A stretch of 64,000 bases of DNA. Origin: Botryllus schlosseri. Lineage: Eukaryota. Below the pieces are notes generated by a model. It made no database searches, was not told the origin of the DNA, and was given only the letters and a program-made list of their open reading frames with translations. Location of the stretch: contig CM119382.1 of assembly GCA_051294905.1 (NCBI GenBank), positions 3,224,001 through 3,288,000 of the forward strand, written 5' to 3'. This document shows, one piece after another, positions 1 through 13,720 of this stretch (position 1 is the first letter of the stretch; every line of letters begins with the position of its first letter). The translations under genes and the position numbers were made by a program.

Positions 1-134
1 TGTATTTAACCAAAATTCTCAAAAGAGAGGACAAATTTTCAAAAAATAGGACATGTGGGCGCCCTCCCAGGACACTTTCAAAAAAGTCAAAAAAGAGGAC
101 AAATCCTCTTAAAAGAGGACGTGTGGTGACCCTA
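1..134. mobile_element. Right end of hAT-type MITE (TAGG-TTACCA TIR family)
   Basis: AAAAGAGGAC repeats ending GTGGTGACCCTA; same family as 1289-1625 and 7240-7661. Confidence 0.8.
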
Positions 135-156
135 GTTTAATGAGTAGTGCGCTGTG

Positions 157-1041
157 CGGTGTTGGGATCAAGTCACAAGTCATCTCGAGTCGTTGAGCAT
201 TTTGACTCGAGTCAAGTCAATTCAATCGATTTTTGAAAGAGACTAGGGTCAAGTCAAGTCACTCGATTTTTGGAGGTCACGATTTGAGTCAAGTTGTGTC
301 TTCGAAGTACGAGGCTTGATTAAGCCATTGCATTTCCCGAGCTGTTTCATTTATTTTTCGTCGAGGAACGAATATAGAGTTAAATATATACGGCAAAAGG
401 CGTTGTATAGCTCACGCATACATGGAACTGCTAAACTATGACTGAAAAGCCTCAATATATAATTATTAGCAAAAATAAGGAATATAATACGAAACCGCAG
501 AATGTTGAAACGAATTGATAAGATACAATAACCATCTAAACATAAATTTACAATTTAAGCCTGCCCCAATGGTTGGCTAGTAATATAGACTGATAAACTA
601 TATTTGAAAATCATACAACAGATTTGGTTAAGGTGAGCACCGAGAATAATGAACAGACTATAGAACAGAGATAAATACCTTGCTATTAGATTACTTTACT
701 ATTCGTTTGCGACAACTTAAGCTGTAATCTCCGATAGCTTCGTTTGCGGTTAATTTATTAGTGATATAACAATGAAGGTTCAGCAAAACGCGCAATCATT
801 GAATGAATGATTAGTCGCTCCCACATGTGATACCAACGTATCGAGAACTCTCCGAACATATGCAAGACACAGCGATTTTTATCGACACCGAGTACTTGAT
901 GACTTGAAAGTGACTCGTAAATTTTGCTCCGAGTCGCGAGTCAATCTACAATTCTGAAATACCGAGTCAAGTCAAATCATTTTTACAAAGTGACTCTAGC
1001 CTGACTCGACTCAAGTCATGACTCGAGTCGACCCGACACCG
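157..1041. mobile_element. hAT-type MITE, GACTCGAGTC-rich family
   Basis: TIR CGGTGTTGGG...CCCGACACCG; degenerate 8-bp TSD GCGCTGTG/GCGTTATG. Related fragments near 3735-3847, 4070-4140, 43655-43830, 51895-52000, 63605-63700. Confidence 0.8.
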
Positions 1042-1288
1042 GCGTTATGTTGTTGAGAGCATCGAGGAAAATTATCGCTGCAAATGAAGCGGAAAGTTAC
1101 TCCCTGTAAAGGAAAGTGTAACTGTCAATTTTTGAGCAACATAATGGAGCTGATAGGGGCCTACGAAGTTCAATTAAAGAATGAATATCTTAAGACCGAT
1201 TATAATATAAATTATCCGATCATATCGCGTCGGTATCGGTCATGGGTGGTAAATAATATCGACAATTTACGTCACAATAGGGTAGTAG

Positions 1289-1625
1289 TAGGTTTACCAT
1301 ATTTTTGAAATCTTAAAAGAGGACACTTTTTCAAAATTTTCATACTTGCAATACCGGAGAAAAATCTTGAAAAATGGTAAATTTTTTGCACTTCGTGGTC
1401 GGTTGACTAAATTAAAAAATAAAAACGGTCAACTTTCTGGCTCAGCTCCCGAAATAGCCGTCGGAGCGTTACTTCAGTGCTGATTTACTGTATCTCAGTC
1501 GAATTTTGCCCTATATTTCACCAAAATTCTCAAAAAGGGAGGACAAAATCTCAAAAAGAGGGCATTTGGGCGTCCTCCGAGGACACTTTCAAAAAAGTCA
1601 AAAAGGAGGACGCGTGGTAACCCTA
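1289..1625. mobile_element. hAT MITE (TAGGTTTACCATA...GTGGTAACCCTA)
   Basis: Left TSD GGTAGTAG (1281-1288). The right TSD is restored as GGT+AGTAG once the nested element 1629-1978 is removed. Confidence 0.88.
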
Positions 1626-1628
1626 GGT

Positions 1629-1978
1629 CAGTGGTTCCCAACGTGGGCGATTTGGCGGTCTAGGGGGGCGAAACGGATGAAGTGGGCGATAGGGGGCGAA
1701 AATGGACAAAGGGGGCGACAGGGGGTGAAAATAGCGAAGGGGGCGATAGGGGTGCGATGACGCGTCAAACGGCTGACTTTTTATTTTGTCAACCCACAAA
1801 AATTTAGTTATAGAAGTGTCATATTCGACATCGAGCCGAAAAGTTGACCTTTTTTTTAGTCAACCCGCCGGTGAATACAGTTTGTATGCCCATTTTACGG
1901 TACACAAAATTTGGGGGGCGAGGATCGGTGTTGAGCTTGAAAACGGGGCGATGGGTCGAAAAAGGTTGGGAACCACTG
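1629..1978. mobile_element. hAT MITE (CAGTGGTTCCCAAC TIR) nested in the preceding element's end
   Basis: TIR CAGTGGTTCCCAAC / GTTGGGAACCACTG; TSD CCCTAGGT / CCCCAGGT. Confidence 0.9.
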
Positions 1979-2658
1979 CCCCAGGTAGTAGAGCGCCAGT
2001 ACCCAGCGAAAGCTCTAGACAGGGAATATATACCCGTTTACATGCTGACGTCTGACACTAATCAGAATGTCTATTTTCACTGTTTTCTGGGGCCACGGGA
2101 TTGTTTCTGGTTGATAATCATCAAGTATACCATGTTAGGCGAGTAAGAACGATCTATCCTCGATTTCAAAGTGTCTAGTTGCAAAGAATTCAAGAAAATC
2201 ATGAGAAAAAGCAGCAATCAGCAGTCACTAATCACTTTCGTCATTAAAACTGAGAGCTATCGCGTCCCCGTTGCGTTTACCGTACAACAAATAACCAAGC
2301 GTGCTGCGTTGAGGCTTGTTTATCAAACACTAATGTTGTTGTAACACATTCCATCGAATCGATCAAAGAGTTTAACTTCGGCACGTATCTCTTGCTGAAG
2401 CACACGGATGCAGATATGAGATGCTGATTTTCTCTGTGTTTTAAGTGTTTTCGGGAGTCGAGCTGGACAAATGCCCTTTTTCAGTCAACACAACAGTATT
2501 TCCTGTAAAGATTTTCAAATCACCGGTTTCCTCGTGCCATATTACAATTTTTTTTGATTTGTGAAAAGTTTGCTCTTCGGGCCCTCAAAATATGGTAACC
2601 CTGGTTGTATGTGAGTTCCTTGCTCCTGACCTACCGCTACATATTCACATTCGAGTTA

Positions 2659-3110
2659 TGGTAGGCTTACTCTATGTCCTCTTTTAGGGGGATTTGTTCT
2701 ATTTTCTCACGAAAAGGAAATGGTCCTGCGATGACGCTCCAAAATGTTCAAGTGGACTCTTTTTTCGCACTTCGAGTTAGCTGCTTATGCTTATACTTCG
2801 AACTATATATGCGAGACGCTGTATTTATTTCTAAAAAATTACTGCAGCCCAGAAACTTGCTAAATTGTTGGTGTAAAAAGGTTTTACAACTGCAATTTCC
2901 CTTCCATACAGCTCTTCCTTATTGACAGCTAGTGCAAACGTTGTTCGACGTTCTCTATAATATCTGGGCCTTTTTACACTCGATCATCTGTCGCAATCTT
3001 TTTGGCGCAAATTCCAAATTCCAAATTCCCCGTAATAATGAATCTTACTCCATCTTTTCTGACTTGTAAAAAGTGGACCTATTTTCGGATCTCAAAATAT
3101 GGGAACCCAA
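2659..3110. mobile_element. Degenerate copy of the TAGGCTTACC MITE family
   Basis: Starts TAGGCTTACTCTATGTCCTCTTTTAGG; similar to 7240-7300 and 61855-61990; right end near AATATGGGAACCCA. Confidence 0.6.
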
Positions 3111-4206
3111 CTTAACTCTGCAGCAAAAATGTCCTTTTTGTGGGTGCTGAAATTATGGTAAGCCTGAGTTATAGTAAACGAAGGAATTATTTCATTGCAA
3201 TCGAAAATAATAAATCGTCGGTGTAGCCCAGTTATAATTGGCGTGGGGCGGTTGGCGTATACCACTCCAAAAGGATCAACGCGCAGTGTTGTAAAGAGTT
3301 CATGTGAACTTTCGAACAAACTCATTAGCTTTGATAGCTGAATGTTTTAGGATCATTAATCATAGGAATTCATTTTTCGAAAGTAAATACATAAGATCTC
3401 TGGATTCTCGTCTCCAAATGCGGTTCAATACCGGATAATCGCACTCTTGTATCGTGTAGTTCAAGCCGCGTTAAAACGGCTGCCGAATTGCGGATAGCTT
3501 ATTACGTTCGCGAAACGATTACGCGACGTAACGATGTCGTCCATCAAAGACATTTGTTTTATTTTGACAGATCAAATTCCAAGCTAAGAGTGGACCGCTG
3601 TGGTGAGATGCTAACTAACTGTAAACAAGCGATGAACATCGAATAATAACAATCAAACGACTTTGTTCTTATGACTAAGATGTTTCTCAAAAAACCAGAA
3701 GCATATGCACAGCCATATTTTTCTGATTCAGGGTTGTAGTGACTCGAATCACAATATTTCGTTGACTCGACTCGACTCGATTCGAGTCATGTTCTTAAAA
3801 ATGGAAAATGACTCGACTCGAGTCAATTTGTGTAGTGACCCGACACTTTCTAATAGGCCTTCCATTATCGTTGTTCAGATAAACATATTTAGAGTGAGAA
3901 AAATGAGTATATTATGAATCCGTGGTCTTTGATATCAACCAAGACTCATATAGAAGCGAGATGGGTCCAACTTAAACTCGATACTGAACAGTAAATACTA
4001 TGACTTGTACTCTAACTCAACCCGTTGCTCCCTGACTTCGGCTCGGACTTCGCTCGGTAGCGGATTGAACATGGCTCGACTTGACTCGAGTCAAACTAGG
4101 AAAGTCAAATTGTGACTCGGAAGCTTGTGACTTGGTTATTAGTTAACATCGATGTTCTGATTCCGTTGCGGTGAGATTTTGAGGGCCGTCAATGCCGGGC
4201 CTTGTG

Positions 4207-4598
4207 TGGGGCTGGGCACAATGATTCGAGTACTCGAATCTGAATCGAGTATTAATTCTAATGATTCGAGTCGAGTAGTAAAAGACTAATTTTTCGAGTA
4301 CTGAAAATATACGCTCCTCGCAACTGAAAGTTAATTCGCTAACGAGGATTATAGTGTTGATACTATTTACCACTGAGGAAGCCTTGAAACCTTGATAGGC
4401 CGTGTTGCACCATACCAGACATAGTATAAAGCTACGACATAAAAGCAGCCACGGCATAAAAGTTACATATTTGAACTCCGACATAGCACATTCTGTTGTA
4501 ACGTCATAATGAGTGATACTCGATTACTCGACTCGACTCGAAGCATATTACGTGATTCAGAATCGAATCACTCAGGTACTCGATTTTGCCCAGCCCTA
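4207..4598. mobile_element. hAT-type MITE (T(A/G)GGGCTGGGCA TIR)
   Basis: TIR TGGGGCTGGGCA / TGCCCAGCCCTA; flanks share CTTGTG. A related copy lies at ~15836-16253. Confidence 0.75.
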
Positions 4599-5458
4599 GC
4601 TTGTGGCAACACACGGAAACAAAATGGTGGCAGTATGCAGGCAGCAAAAGACATGCTGCGAACAAATACACTGTAAGCGGGAAACTGGAAGAGCGATGTT
4701 CAGGTTGAAATACTCTTATAAAAATGTAAGATTGTGTCTCCGCAACTATACAGAAAATGATCAGCTTTACCAAACGATATTGGAATTATGACTACATAGT
4801 TTTTCCCCAATTAACTTCTCGGAAACTTGAATATTGTATAAAGTTCAGTTCATGTACTAGCTCATTCTCATTAGCATGAGAATAGCAAATGTAGCTACGG
4901 CATGCGTGGCCCGTTTCTCACAATACAGCTCTCGCGTATCATTTTCGGGAAACCAGAAATTAGATTAGAATTAAAATCCAAGTCTGCTCAAGTCACACCG
5001 ACAGATAGACAATATTGATGAGTCGTAGAGCTAAGCTACCAAGTTTCTAATGCCACTTTACTGGTAAGCCTATATAGCGAGTTCACAAAGCCATATACGC
5101 ATATACTGACATGGTAACAAATAGTCAATCGTCATCTCCACAGACGTGTTCACTGTTTAGTTTATAAATTCATCATTCTGTAGCTGAATGAATGCTTCCT
5201 TGAGATTATAGCACACAAACTATCAGAAGCTTTAATCTGGTGCTCTTGGATTAACCCATGCTGTACCTTGCATTGAAATAATGTCAATCTGACCATTTAC
5301 AAGCCATCAACTACATCATTTCATATAGTATTTATATAAATATGCATAGGTAACTTGAGACAATGGTAAACATTGGAATATACGGTAGGCGGATAGTTTA
5401 ATTCCAAGAACTGAATTAGAGTCAATCTCCGCGCCTATTATGACCATTTCCTATAGGC

Positions 5459-6625
5459 CAGTGGTCGGGAACCTTTTTCGTCCGAAGAGCCATATTGACC
5501 CTATATTTTCCATTTGAACTCCCAAAGAGCCATACATGTCAGTCAACTATTACGTCACAATTGAAAAATCGTGACGTCATTGTAGCGCAAATTCGAAAGC
5601 ACAACATGGGATTCGTCGTTTTCTCTGTAAAAACTCGTACTCATCATGCTGGTTGCCTTTATTTGAGTAAGGAGTACGAAAAACTTGAGTTACATAGGTC
5701 TTTTGAAAGTTATATGTTTTTAATTGTATTGCACTGAGAGGCATATCATATCTTTCGAAGCTTAAGACAATTACCTTTTAGATTTCCAACAGACGTAAAC
5801 AACAGTAAAAGTATTTGTCTAATTTTTAAACAGTTTTACCCACCTGTCTACACTAGATTTTGAACATTTTTCGGCCAAAATCACGCAGCTTGTCTATTTA
5901 TTGTTCGCAAATAAAGTGTAAATGGAGAAGTACGGCATAGGTGAGGCACATCCGGGCGATGCTTTGCCTGTAATAGCGCAATTAATCGCAAATATCATAT
6001 AATATAATACCTGATATTAATCGAATGTAATTGTCGCACTGATTCCGATTCGACTTCTCAATTCTCAAAGTATTCGGCGATTACATAACGTTGCGCCACA
6101 CGCCTACATTTTAACAGCGACTACAAAGCTAAGTTATCAATCAATAAAGTGGATAGCTATGGCGTTGTTTGTAATTTGAATTCGTAATTGTGATTGTCCC
6201 TTCCACGGTAGTTCATTTCTCGCCGTAGTTCAGGAAAACAATGTGTATTTGAAAACTGCATTGTGATATAGGTGCCGCCACGTATCCTACTCTCGTTGAT
6301 CAATCAACGTATCGTGCAATCCAAGATTTCGTGGCGGGTACATCGAATTCGGGAGTGATATTGGTCGCTGGCGCGATAGCAACTTAAATTTGAGGATTTT
6401 GAAAGGGGGTCCGAGCCCCTAATCCCGAATATGCCACTGTATTAAACTCTCGAAGACATGTTTATACTGCCACAAGAATAAGTATACTGGGTCGTGCTGA
6501 AGATTTAATAACAAGTTGCTGCAATATAGATAAATTAAGCACAAAAATAAAAATTTTGGAAAGAGCCATATCTTATGCCCAAAAGAGCCATATATGGCTC
6601 GCGAGCCATAGGTTCCCGACCACTG
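5459..6625. mobile_element. hAT MITE (CAGTGGTCGGGAACC TIR), 1167 bp
   Basis: Perfect TIRs and perfect 8-bp TSD CTATAGGC on both sides. Confidence 0.93.
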
Positions 6626-7239
6626 CTATAGGCTATAGCCATCAACTGTATTATCTGATACAATATTTGTATAAATAGGCATACGGTTAACATGAGACAT
6701 TGGCAAACATCGCATGGGTGGATAGGGTTGCATTTAAAACAAAAAGTTATCTAAAACAAACATGTTCAAAGCAGCGCCCATTTTTATTTTTTTTAGCCAT
6801 GAATCCTCAATCGTGACGTCACATTGGATTGACATTACCAATTGCAAGTATAGGGTAAATGTAAATATGGCTCCTTCGACGAAAAAGGCTTCCGACCAGT
6901 GCCATAAACAGAGCAAAAATATATTTGACGGAACTATATCGTTATGCAATACTTTTACGGTGGACGTTCATCGTCATCAGAACACCCATTCTGCACTAAT
7001 GATGTATATTGTATATCTATACTTGCTAAACTGTTGAAGTGTTGAACCACGACGATTTTGAGGGTTCCAGCCACCCCACATCGTATATACCTCGAATATA
7101 TGTTTGCAAATCGTCCGTAGGCTAATATTACATGTTTATTCGAATGTATTTATACAATTATGGCATAATTATACAACGTTTAAAAAATAATTTGTTGTTT
7201 GAAGGCATTTAAAAAAACTCTTTAGAACATGTTTTAAAC

Positions 7240-7661
7240 TAGGCTTACCATACGTCCTCTTTTAAGAGGATTTGTCCTCTTTTTTGACTTTTTTGAAAGT
7301 GTCCTCGGAGGACGCCCTTTTGTCCTCTTTTTTGAGATTTTGTCCTCTTTTTTGAAAATTTAGGTCAGATTTAGAGGAAATTGCGAGTGATATGCCGCAA
7401 ATTAGCGCAGAAGTGAAGCTCCGGCGGGTATTTCGGTGGGAAAAGTGGTGATTTTTTTAGTCATCCACCTGGCAATGTGGAGTGAAAAACGTGATTTTGA
7501 GCTCTGAGCGGAAGTGATGAGCTTTTTTTTTTTTTTTTTTAGTCAACCGATCATGAAGTGGGAAAAATTTACCGGTTTTTGAGAATTCTTCTCCAGTTTT
7601 GCATGTCTGAAATTTCTGAAAAAGTGTCCTCTTTTTTCATTTCCGAAATATGGTAAGCCTA
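7240..7661. mobile_element. hAT MITE (TAGGCTTACCATA TIR), 422 bp
   Basis: Perfect 13-bp TIR and perfect 8-bp TSD TTTTAAAC. Confidence 0.93.
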
Positions 7662-8792
7662 TTTTAAACAAAGTGTTTTTTAAAAACAGTTTTTTTAAAT
7701 GCAACCCTAAGGGCGGACAGTTTAGTTCCAAGCACGTTGCGACGTCTAATCTGCAATGGATTGTCTTAGTGAATACTTTGAACCCGCGTTCCGAAAGTGA
7801 TCAATCAGACTTCGTTGGTTGTTTGTAGCCATTTCCTGCACCATAGCGTGTGAACGCGAACAAATCTATACTCGGAAATTAGCATTAAACTGGCCTTTGC
7901 AGGAGACGCTCACATCTCGGCCAGAATTTATTTTCATTGTACACAAAATGTCGATTCTCATGGCGTAATCCTTCAAAGAATATTTACGGATGGAAAATAT
8001 GTCGGCGTGTTTACGCGTTCGCACCTGCGATCCATGCCCGGCAGCTGGTTCGGTGTGGATACAACCAATGGCAAAATCGATTTCATATGCACAACCGTAG
8101 ATCCGGATGGAGATAGCATTCATTCGCTGAGGCCGACATAGCGAAAGATGGGCGCACGGCCAACACCGGCAAGTTGTGATTCAAAATACAAAGATCATGG
8201 ACCAGTAATGCAGTCAAAATACGATACATCGTATGATTATAGCAAGCATTGGTACTTTTAAGTACACTCTCATACACTATAAACTACACTACACTATTTA
8301 TGTATGTTAGGACTGTTTCAAAATTTTTGTGACTATTTGATAAATTTGTTGGATTGACTGAAGAAACGTTTCACACCAAATTTAACTCAATTCCAGCAAG
8401 GAGAAATGCAGCTATTAGAGATCGAAAATTTTGAAGTTATTATCAAACTTTTTTTCAAAATTTACTGACTATCCCATGAAATTGTCACGTTGTCTAATAA
8501 AACGATGTGTAGCAAATTTAGGTTAATTCTAACCGGTAGGAGCGAAGTTATTGCAATTGGAAAATTTTGGATTTGACAAAACGGTATTTACGCTGGGTAA
8601 TCCGAAAATTATTACTGAAAACATAAAATAACTTCGCTGCTATCGGTTGGAATTGGGTCAAATTTGTTTTGCATCGTTTTTGTAGACTACTTAACAATTT
8701 CATAAGCCAGTAAAATTCTAGAATTCTCCAACTCTAATAGATCCGCTTTAACTTGTTGGAATTGAGTCAAATGGGCGGCATGTAAATTTTAC

Positions 8793-8883
8793 TCATATTA
8801 AAATGAACCAGAACATTTTCGGCTGACACTCTTCAGAGGTAATCGTCAGCAACTATAATATAGAATTGGAAAGAACATTGTAC
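8793..8883 (-). repeat. Hammerhead-bearing repeat copy (core CTGAAGA, GAAA intact; helix I first pair mismatched)
   Basis: Reverse complement reads GCTGACGATTACCTCTGAAGAGTGTCAGCCGAAAATGTTCTGGTT. Confidence 0.8.
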
Positions 8884-9414
8884 GTCAACCATCGTGTCAA
8901 GTATTCGGGTTTATATCAATATGAGTATAATAATCTGTATATGTATTCTACATGTGGTCATCCAGTTTTCATCTCAGGGGACCAAACGACGATTCAGCCG
9001 ATGCAAAATAGCACCGATATTTCGGAACAAAATGTTGTGCCTCATAAATTATGTGATACGCCCTTTTACGTTATCAAGCTCACAGTTGTAAATGATCCAA
9101 AGGCTCTGCACTGCATAGTACGCGTAGAAGAGTCCTGCGGCGAGCAACCATTTCCTATTAGCTGATTTGTTTTACCTTTTTTGTTTTCGTTTTATTGGTT
9201 GCTTGGTTCCACTCATTGATTTATGATAACTATTGATCCAGAAGACATCACTAGATTTTTATATTGACTGGCGCATGCATGGATGCACCTCGTCTCGTCT
9301 CTCCTGTTATTCCCCGATGAACGAGTCTGTCCGAGTCTGTCTACCTACATCGTACCTGGCGGGACATTATATTTTACTTGTGTCGATTTGCGATCCACAG
9401 TATCGTGTAGATGG

Positions 9415-9827
9415 CAGACTTGGACAACTGCAGATAGTTTTTATTAGACTAATAGAGCGAAACACCGTTAATCTAATTTTAATCTAATTTGTGATATGTT
9501 TCTTTGCTCTGATTCTAACTCTAATCGAATTTGTAAAATGTTTATATGCTCTAATTTGAATCGTAATGTACTTTCCGATTTTCATGGAAATGCTGGAGGA
9601 GAACTGTATAGTGCGAAGCAAGCCAAGATTGCTGTACATACATTTGCTATTTTCATGAGAATGCACTCTGGTTTGATATGAACCGAATTTTATACAATTT
9701 CCAAGTTAACGCGAATTCAGTTCTAATTCTAACATAATTTAGCCAAACTGTGCAGATATAATTTTAATTCCAATCTAATTTTGAAAAGCTATGTTGCTAT
9801 AATTCTAACTCTAATACTGTTGTCCAA
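9415..9827. mobile_element. MITE family with CAGACTTGGACAACT TIR and internal (CTAATT/AATTAG)n repeats
   Basis: Inverted ends TTGGACAAC / GTTGTCCAA. Further copies or fragments at ~17846-18210, 25928-26190, 39430-39545, 40070-40677, 48140-48520, 50680-51041, 51290-51520, 52770-53040, 55560-55637. Confidence 0.75.
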
Positions 9828-11268
9828 CTTTGGTGGATGTCGTCCACCGTAGCGTTATTGAATGGGTAATCTTTTTCATCTACAAATATACCAATCAAAT
9901 ATCCTAATCACAGAGCAGTAGCTTTTCCCTTCGCTACAGCTGAGAAAGGCTTTTTGAATAGAATGAACCTATAATGACACTGTGTTATAGTTTCAGATTT
10001 TCGTATTTTAGAACGCAGTCATATATCTGTCACGAAATCGGGTAATTTATAGAAAACGAACCCCGCGCAGTAAATAGATTGAGAGATCTGACGACTTTTG
10101 ACTCTGTTTTCGAAGTTACTATATGTCAAAAAATTATTATCATCGCTACCGGAGTGGTGTAGCTATTTTGTAATCCTTAAATATGAAAACACATGCCATC
10201 TGTCCCTAATCAGTAGAAGCAAGCTCGTTGAGAATTGGAAGATACAGCGCCGCGCGGATTGCGGTGTTGCTCGTAAATAGACATGCAACGGAAATATTCT
10301 TGTTAAATTATGAACGCGTGCGAATAAGTGTCAAAATATACCAGAAGATTTGCTTAATACCCCATGGGTGGTAACTTGACAACTTTACAACGTATGTTTT
10401 GAATAATTTGCGGCTATTTGGGTGATCGTTTACGAGCAAATTCTCCGGTCGGCTTAGACGATTTAGGCCCAAATGAAAAAGGATACGATGTTAACATAAA
10501 CAAAATAGTCAGATCTCAGTCATGTTCCGGTATCATGCCATATTGCAATCGAAGAATCAGCAACGCGGCATATAAATCCGGGTCGTTTCTTCTGTGAATG
10601 TAGGCTGTAGACTGTAGAGTTAGTTATAGAGTCTACTGTATAGAGCGCGGAGGTGTTTATGCGAACCAATTCAACATACCTAGATGTATTCCTGGATTCG
10701 AAAAAGGCTCCAATCATAATGACCCTAAATTTAGATGGGAACTGAGAATATTTCGCGCAGAACCCAAGACAAAGGTTTAAGGGAGGGGTGTCCAATCCCG
10801 TGGCACGTGAGTAGGTTGTGAGAGCCCCATGCGGTGATTTTCCAAATGCATAGACCCTTGGATGTACAGAATATCAGTATGAGATTGAATATTATATTCA
10901 TGTTGAGATAAAGCCGAATATCCTAAATGAGGTGTCACCAACGTACTTTATTGCGAAGTTACTATCCCTTATTATAGGCTTTCTCCGACTATTATTCTAT
11001 AGCGGCGTTGTTGAACCTGTGGGTCGCGACATCCCTGGTTGCTAGAAGGGGATAGTGGTATGAAAAACGTTGACAATTACTGCTCTATATAAATATTCTC
11101 TAGTGCATGGGATCGAGTTAATTTTATTGCACTACAATGCAAGATGTTATGCATCATATTTTTCACATCCCGGCCGCACGTGCTTCAAGAGTCAGTCAGT
11201 CAGTACTATTTATTCATTATTTCATTGAGGTACATCTGATATATCGAAGACTTTCGAAAAACGCATAT

Positions 11269-11500
11269 AAGAGCTTCTTGGAGGTACAGAACTTCAACAT
11301 ACAGTTGAATAGTATATTGATATTGAAATAAACCCTAATATTTTCGGCTGACACTAGTCAGGGGTAATCGTCAGCACTATAGTACAGAATTAAACTATGT
11401 TATTTTCAATTGTCTACTAGTTGCTGACAATTACTCCCGATGAGTGTCAGTGGAAAATATTCGGATTTATAACAATATGAATATACACTATTCGAAGCGC
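11269..11500. repeat. Inverted pair of hammerhead-bearing repeat copies
   Basis: A - copy (11269-11391) is followed directly by a + copy (~11405-11500); both cores are mutated. Confidence 0.8.
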
Positions 11501-11799
11501 ATGTAGCAGTGAAATATCTTCTGCACTCTGCAGTGATATAGAACAGAAAGACAAGCACAGCTAACAGAATAGTTCAATATCGATGGACTAGTTTTTTGTG
11601 GATGCCAACAATAAGTAGATTTGTTTGATATGTAAATAACCTGCATCAGAATGCAAGGAATACAAAATAAAGAGATAGTAGCCTACGTCAGTAGACATTC
11701 ACCAGCTTATAATAAATACCAAAATGACTTCAGTTAAGTTACCAATATTTTGTGCTACGATTGTTGATATACGATGTTCTTTTGAATTCTCTACTAGTT

Positions 11800-11844
11800 G
11801 CTGACGATTACCCCTGACGAGTGTCAAGCCGAAAATATTCGGGT
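11800..11844 (+). ncRNA. Putative minimal type I hammerhead ribozyme in dispersed repeat (intact core)
   Basis: ACCC-CTGACGA(11814-20)-G..C-GAAA(11831-34)-ATATTC|GGGT; predicted cleavage after C11840. Confidence 0.7.
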
Positions 11845-12059
11845 TCATTTCAATATGAATATACTATTCAATTGTATAATGAAGTTCTGTACCTCCAAGA
11901 AGCTGTTCAATAGCGAACAAGAGACAAAGAGACTCATATTTGACTACCATATTAGTCCAAGATTCACGCAACAATGTAACCACTTGCATCTGATATAAAA
12001 GAAAGAATATGATAGTAATAAGTTGATGTTCTGTATCAGTATAATTTCATCATTAAAAT

Positions 12060-12285
12060 AAATTGCGATACTATGAAAGTATAGGAAGGTGTCTTGGACT
12101 AGTCTTTGAAATCGGACACCCACCTGGGCCTAGGCGATATAAATATGAGACATGTACACTGGATGGTAAGGGAAGGGAAGACATAAAAATACTGGTGATG
12201 AAAATGATGCATGTGTCGATAGGCGAGATTGAAATGTCTGATTGAGGTCCGGTAATCTTGAGGGCTGACTGTAGTATTCATTGGA
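12060..12285 (+). repeat. ~230-bp dispersed repeat (GCGATACAATGAA...ATGTGTCGATAGGCGAG...GTATTCATT)
   Basis: Recurs at ~21760-21870 (-, partial), 42880-43110 (-), 47668-47848 (+), 62262-62470 (+). Class unknown. Confidence 0.7.
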
Positions 12286-13720
12286 TGGGCTTGTTGTAAT
12301 CTCTACTTCAAGTTTTTAAATCATGGAGCAAGCAAATATTTCGGTTGCTTCACAACTCGAAAAAGCTTGTGGCATGTAACTATAGTTATATATGCAACTT
12401 GTGTCCCATCGGGTAATCGCTAGCTATAGGTAGATGAATACATGAGGAGTTGAGAACAATATCTTCTCCAAGGGTTAGTCATCAAGCTTGTCAGCGTTGC
12501 AATGCTCAGGTAATCAAGCATAAAGATTCTCTCCTATTGTCGATTCTCCGTAAACAATATTCTTCTCTCGTCGGAATATGTAATTGTAGATTGTCGAGGT
12601 CGACGGTATAGTATGAATTGAGAGCAGGTGCCTGTGAAGCGGTTTCGTACGGAACATGTAATTATGCCGGAAATCTTAAAATATTAACTGTAAAACAGCG
12701 TTAAGACGCTGGCTGGTCACCGTGCGAACAGGTCTATTTATGATGACTCTTGGAGGTGCAGAGCTTCAACATACAATTGAATGATATTTTCGGCTGAAAA
12801 TGTCTGGGTTCATTTCAGTATGAATATATTATTCAAAGTCTATTCGTATTACGGAATTTAGTGTTGGGCAGAATCAGTTAAGCCGTCGTGATGACTAGCC
12901 GGAATTCTGTTTAGGACATGGCCAGGTTTCTAATCAGTGTCGGCAATCAGGCATGGTAGACATGGCAGTTTGGACTGCATTTTAGTGTGTTTTAGTTTAA
13001 TAATTCTCGAGAGTTGAAACTGAAGTATTAAATTTTTTCGAGCCGTCGTTTTATAACCCCCGGTCCTTGTATTCGGTAAGTTCGTTGTATACGAACTTGA
13101 CGCTGATTTTCAATGATAACTTCATAGTTTAAGACTAGACATTGTAACAAGTCATTAGGAGAAACACGCCATCTTCGATTGCTCGCATGATACGATAATA
13201 TTGGTTATCTGAGCATCGCCCGGAATCAAATTACATCTGGTACCGTTACGAAGTAGAGGCGAGATGTTTCACTACGTACTTTGTTGCTCGGTACGAATAT
13301 TTGGGCGATCGTTTCTTTGATCTCTGTGACTTCTTATCTAAATTGTAATCGAAATGTTAAGTGTGACCATTATGGCGGCTGGTTTCTCGTAATCACGGTG
13401 TACGATTCATTTGATCTAGTTAGAGTTATTCGCGATTGTTTGCGGGCGTAAAACGACTCTCGCTCCCGCAAATTGACCAGCGGGTTTCGAATACATTCGT
13501 ACGAACGACTTGTATATATAACGTCATCGGTAAACAGCGAAGGTGGCATTTCGTGAAGTGGTAGCAAAAAGAATGCTCACTACAGCGTACAAAATACGTA
13601 TTTTTAAATCCGTCCTAGTGCAGTGTAGTGGCTAATTGTAACATAGATCCGAATTAGAGATAAATTGTGAAGGTAGCGTATCTGTGTGTCAGCTTATAAC
13701 ATGGATATTGTGGCATACAG

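Noticed and set aside
7864-8280. Region with ~90-codon open frames on both strands and a possible acceptor TTTGCAG
   Set aside because: No recognisable domain, no partner exons, in-frame stop on the plus strand; cannot be called a gene.
12380-12640. Possible GIY-YIG endonuclease relic (YICNLCP...IG)
   Set aside because: Needs several indels and stops to fit; motif evidence is too weak without a search.
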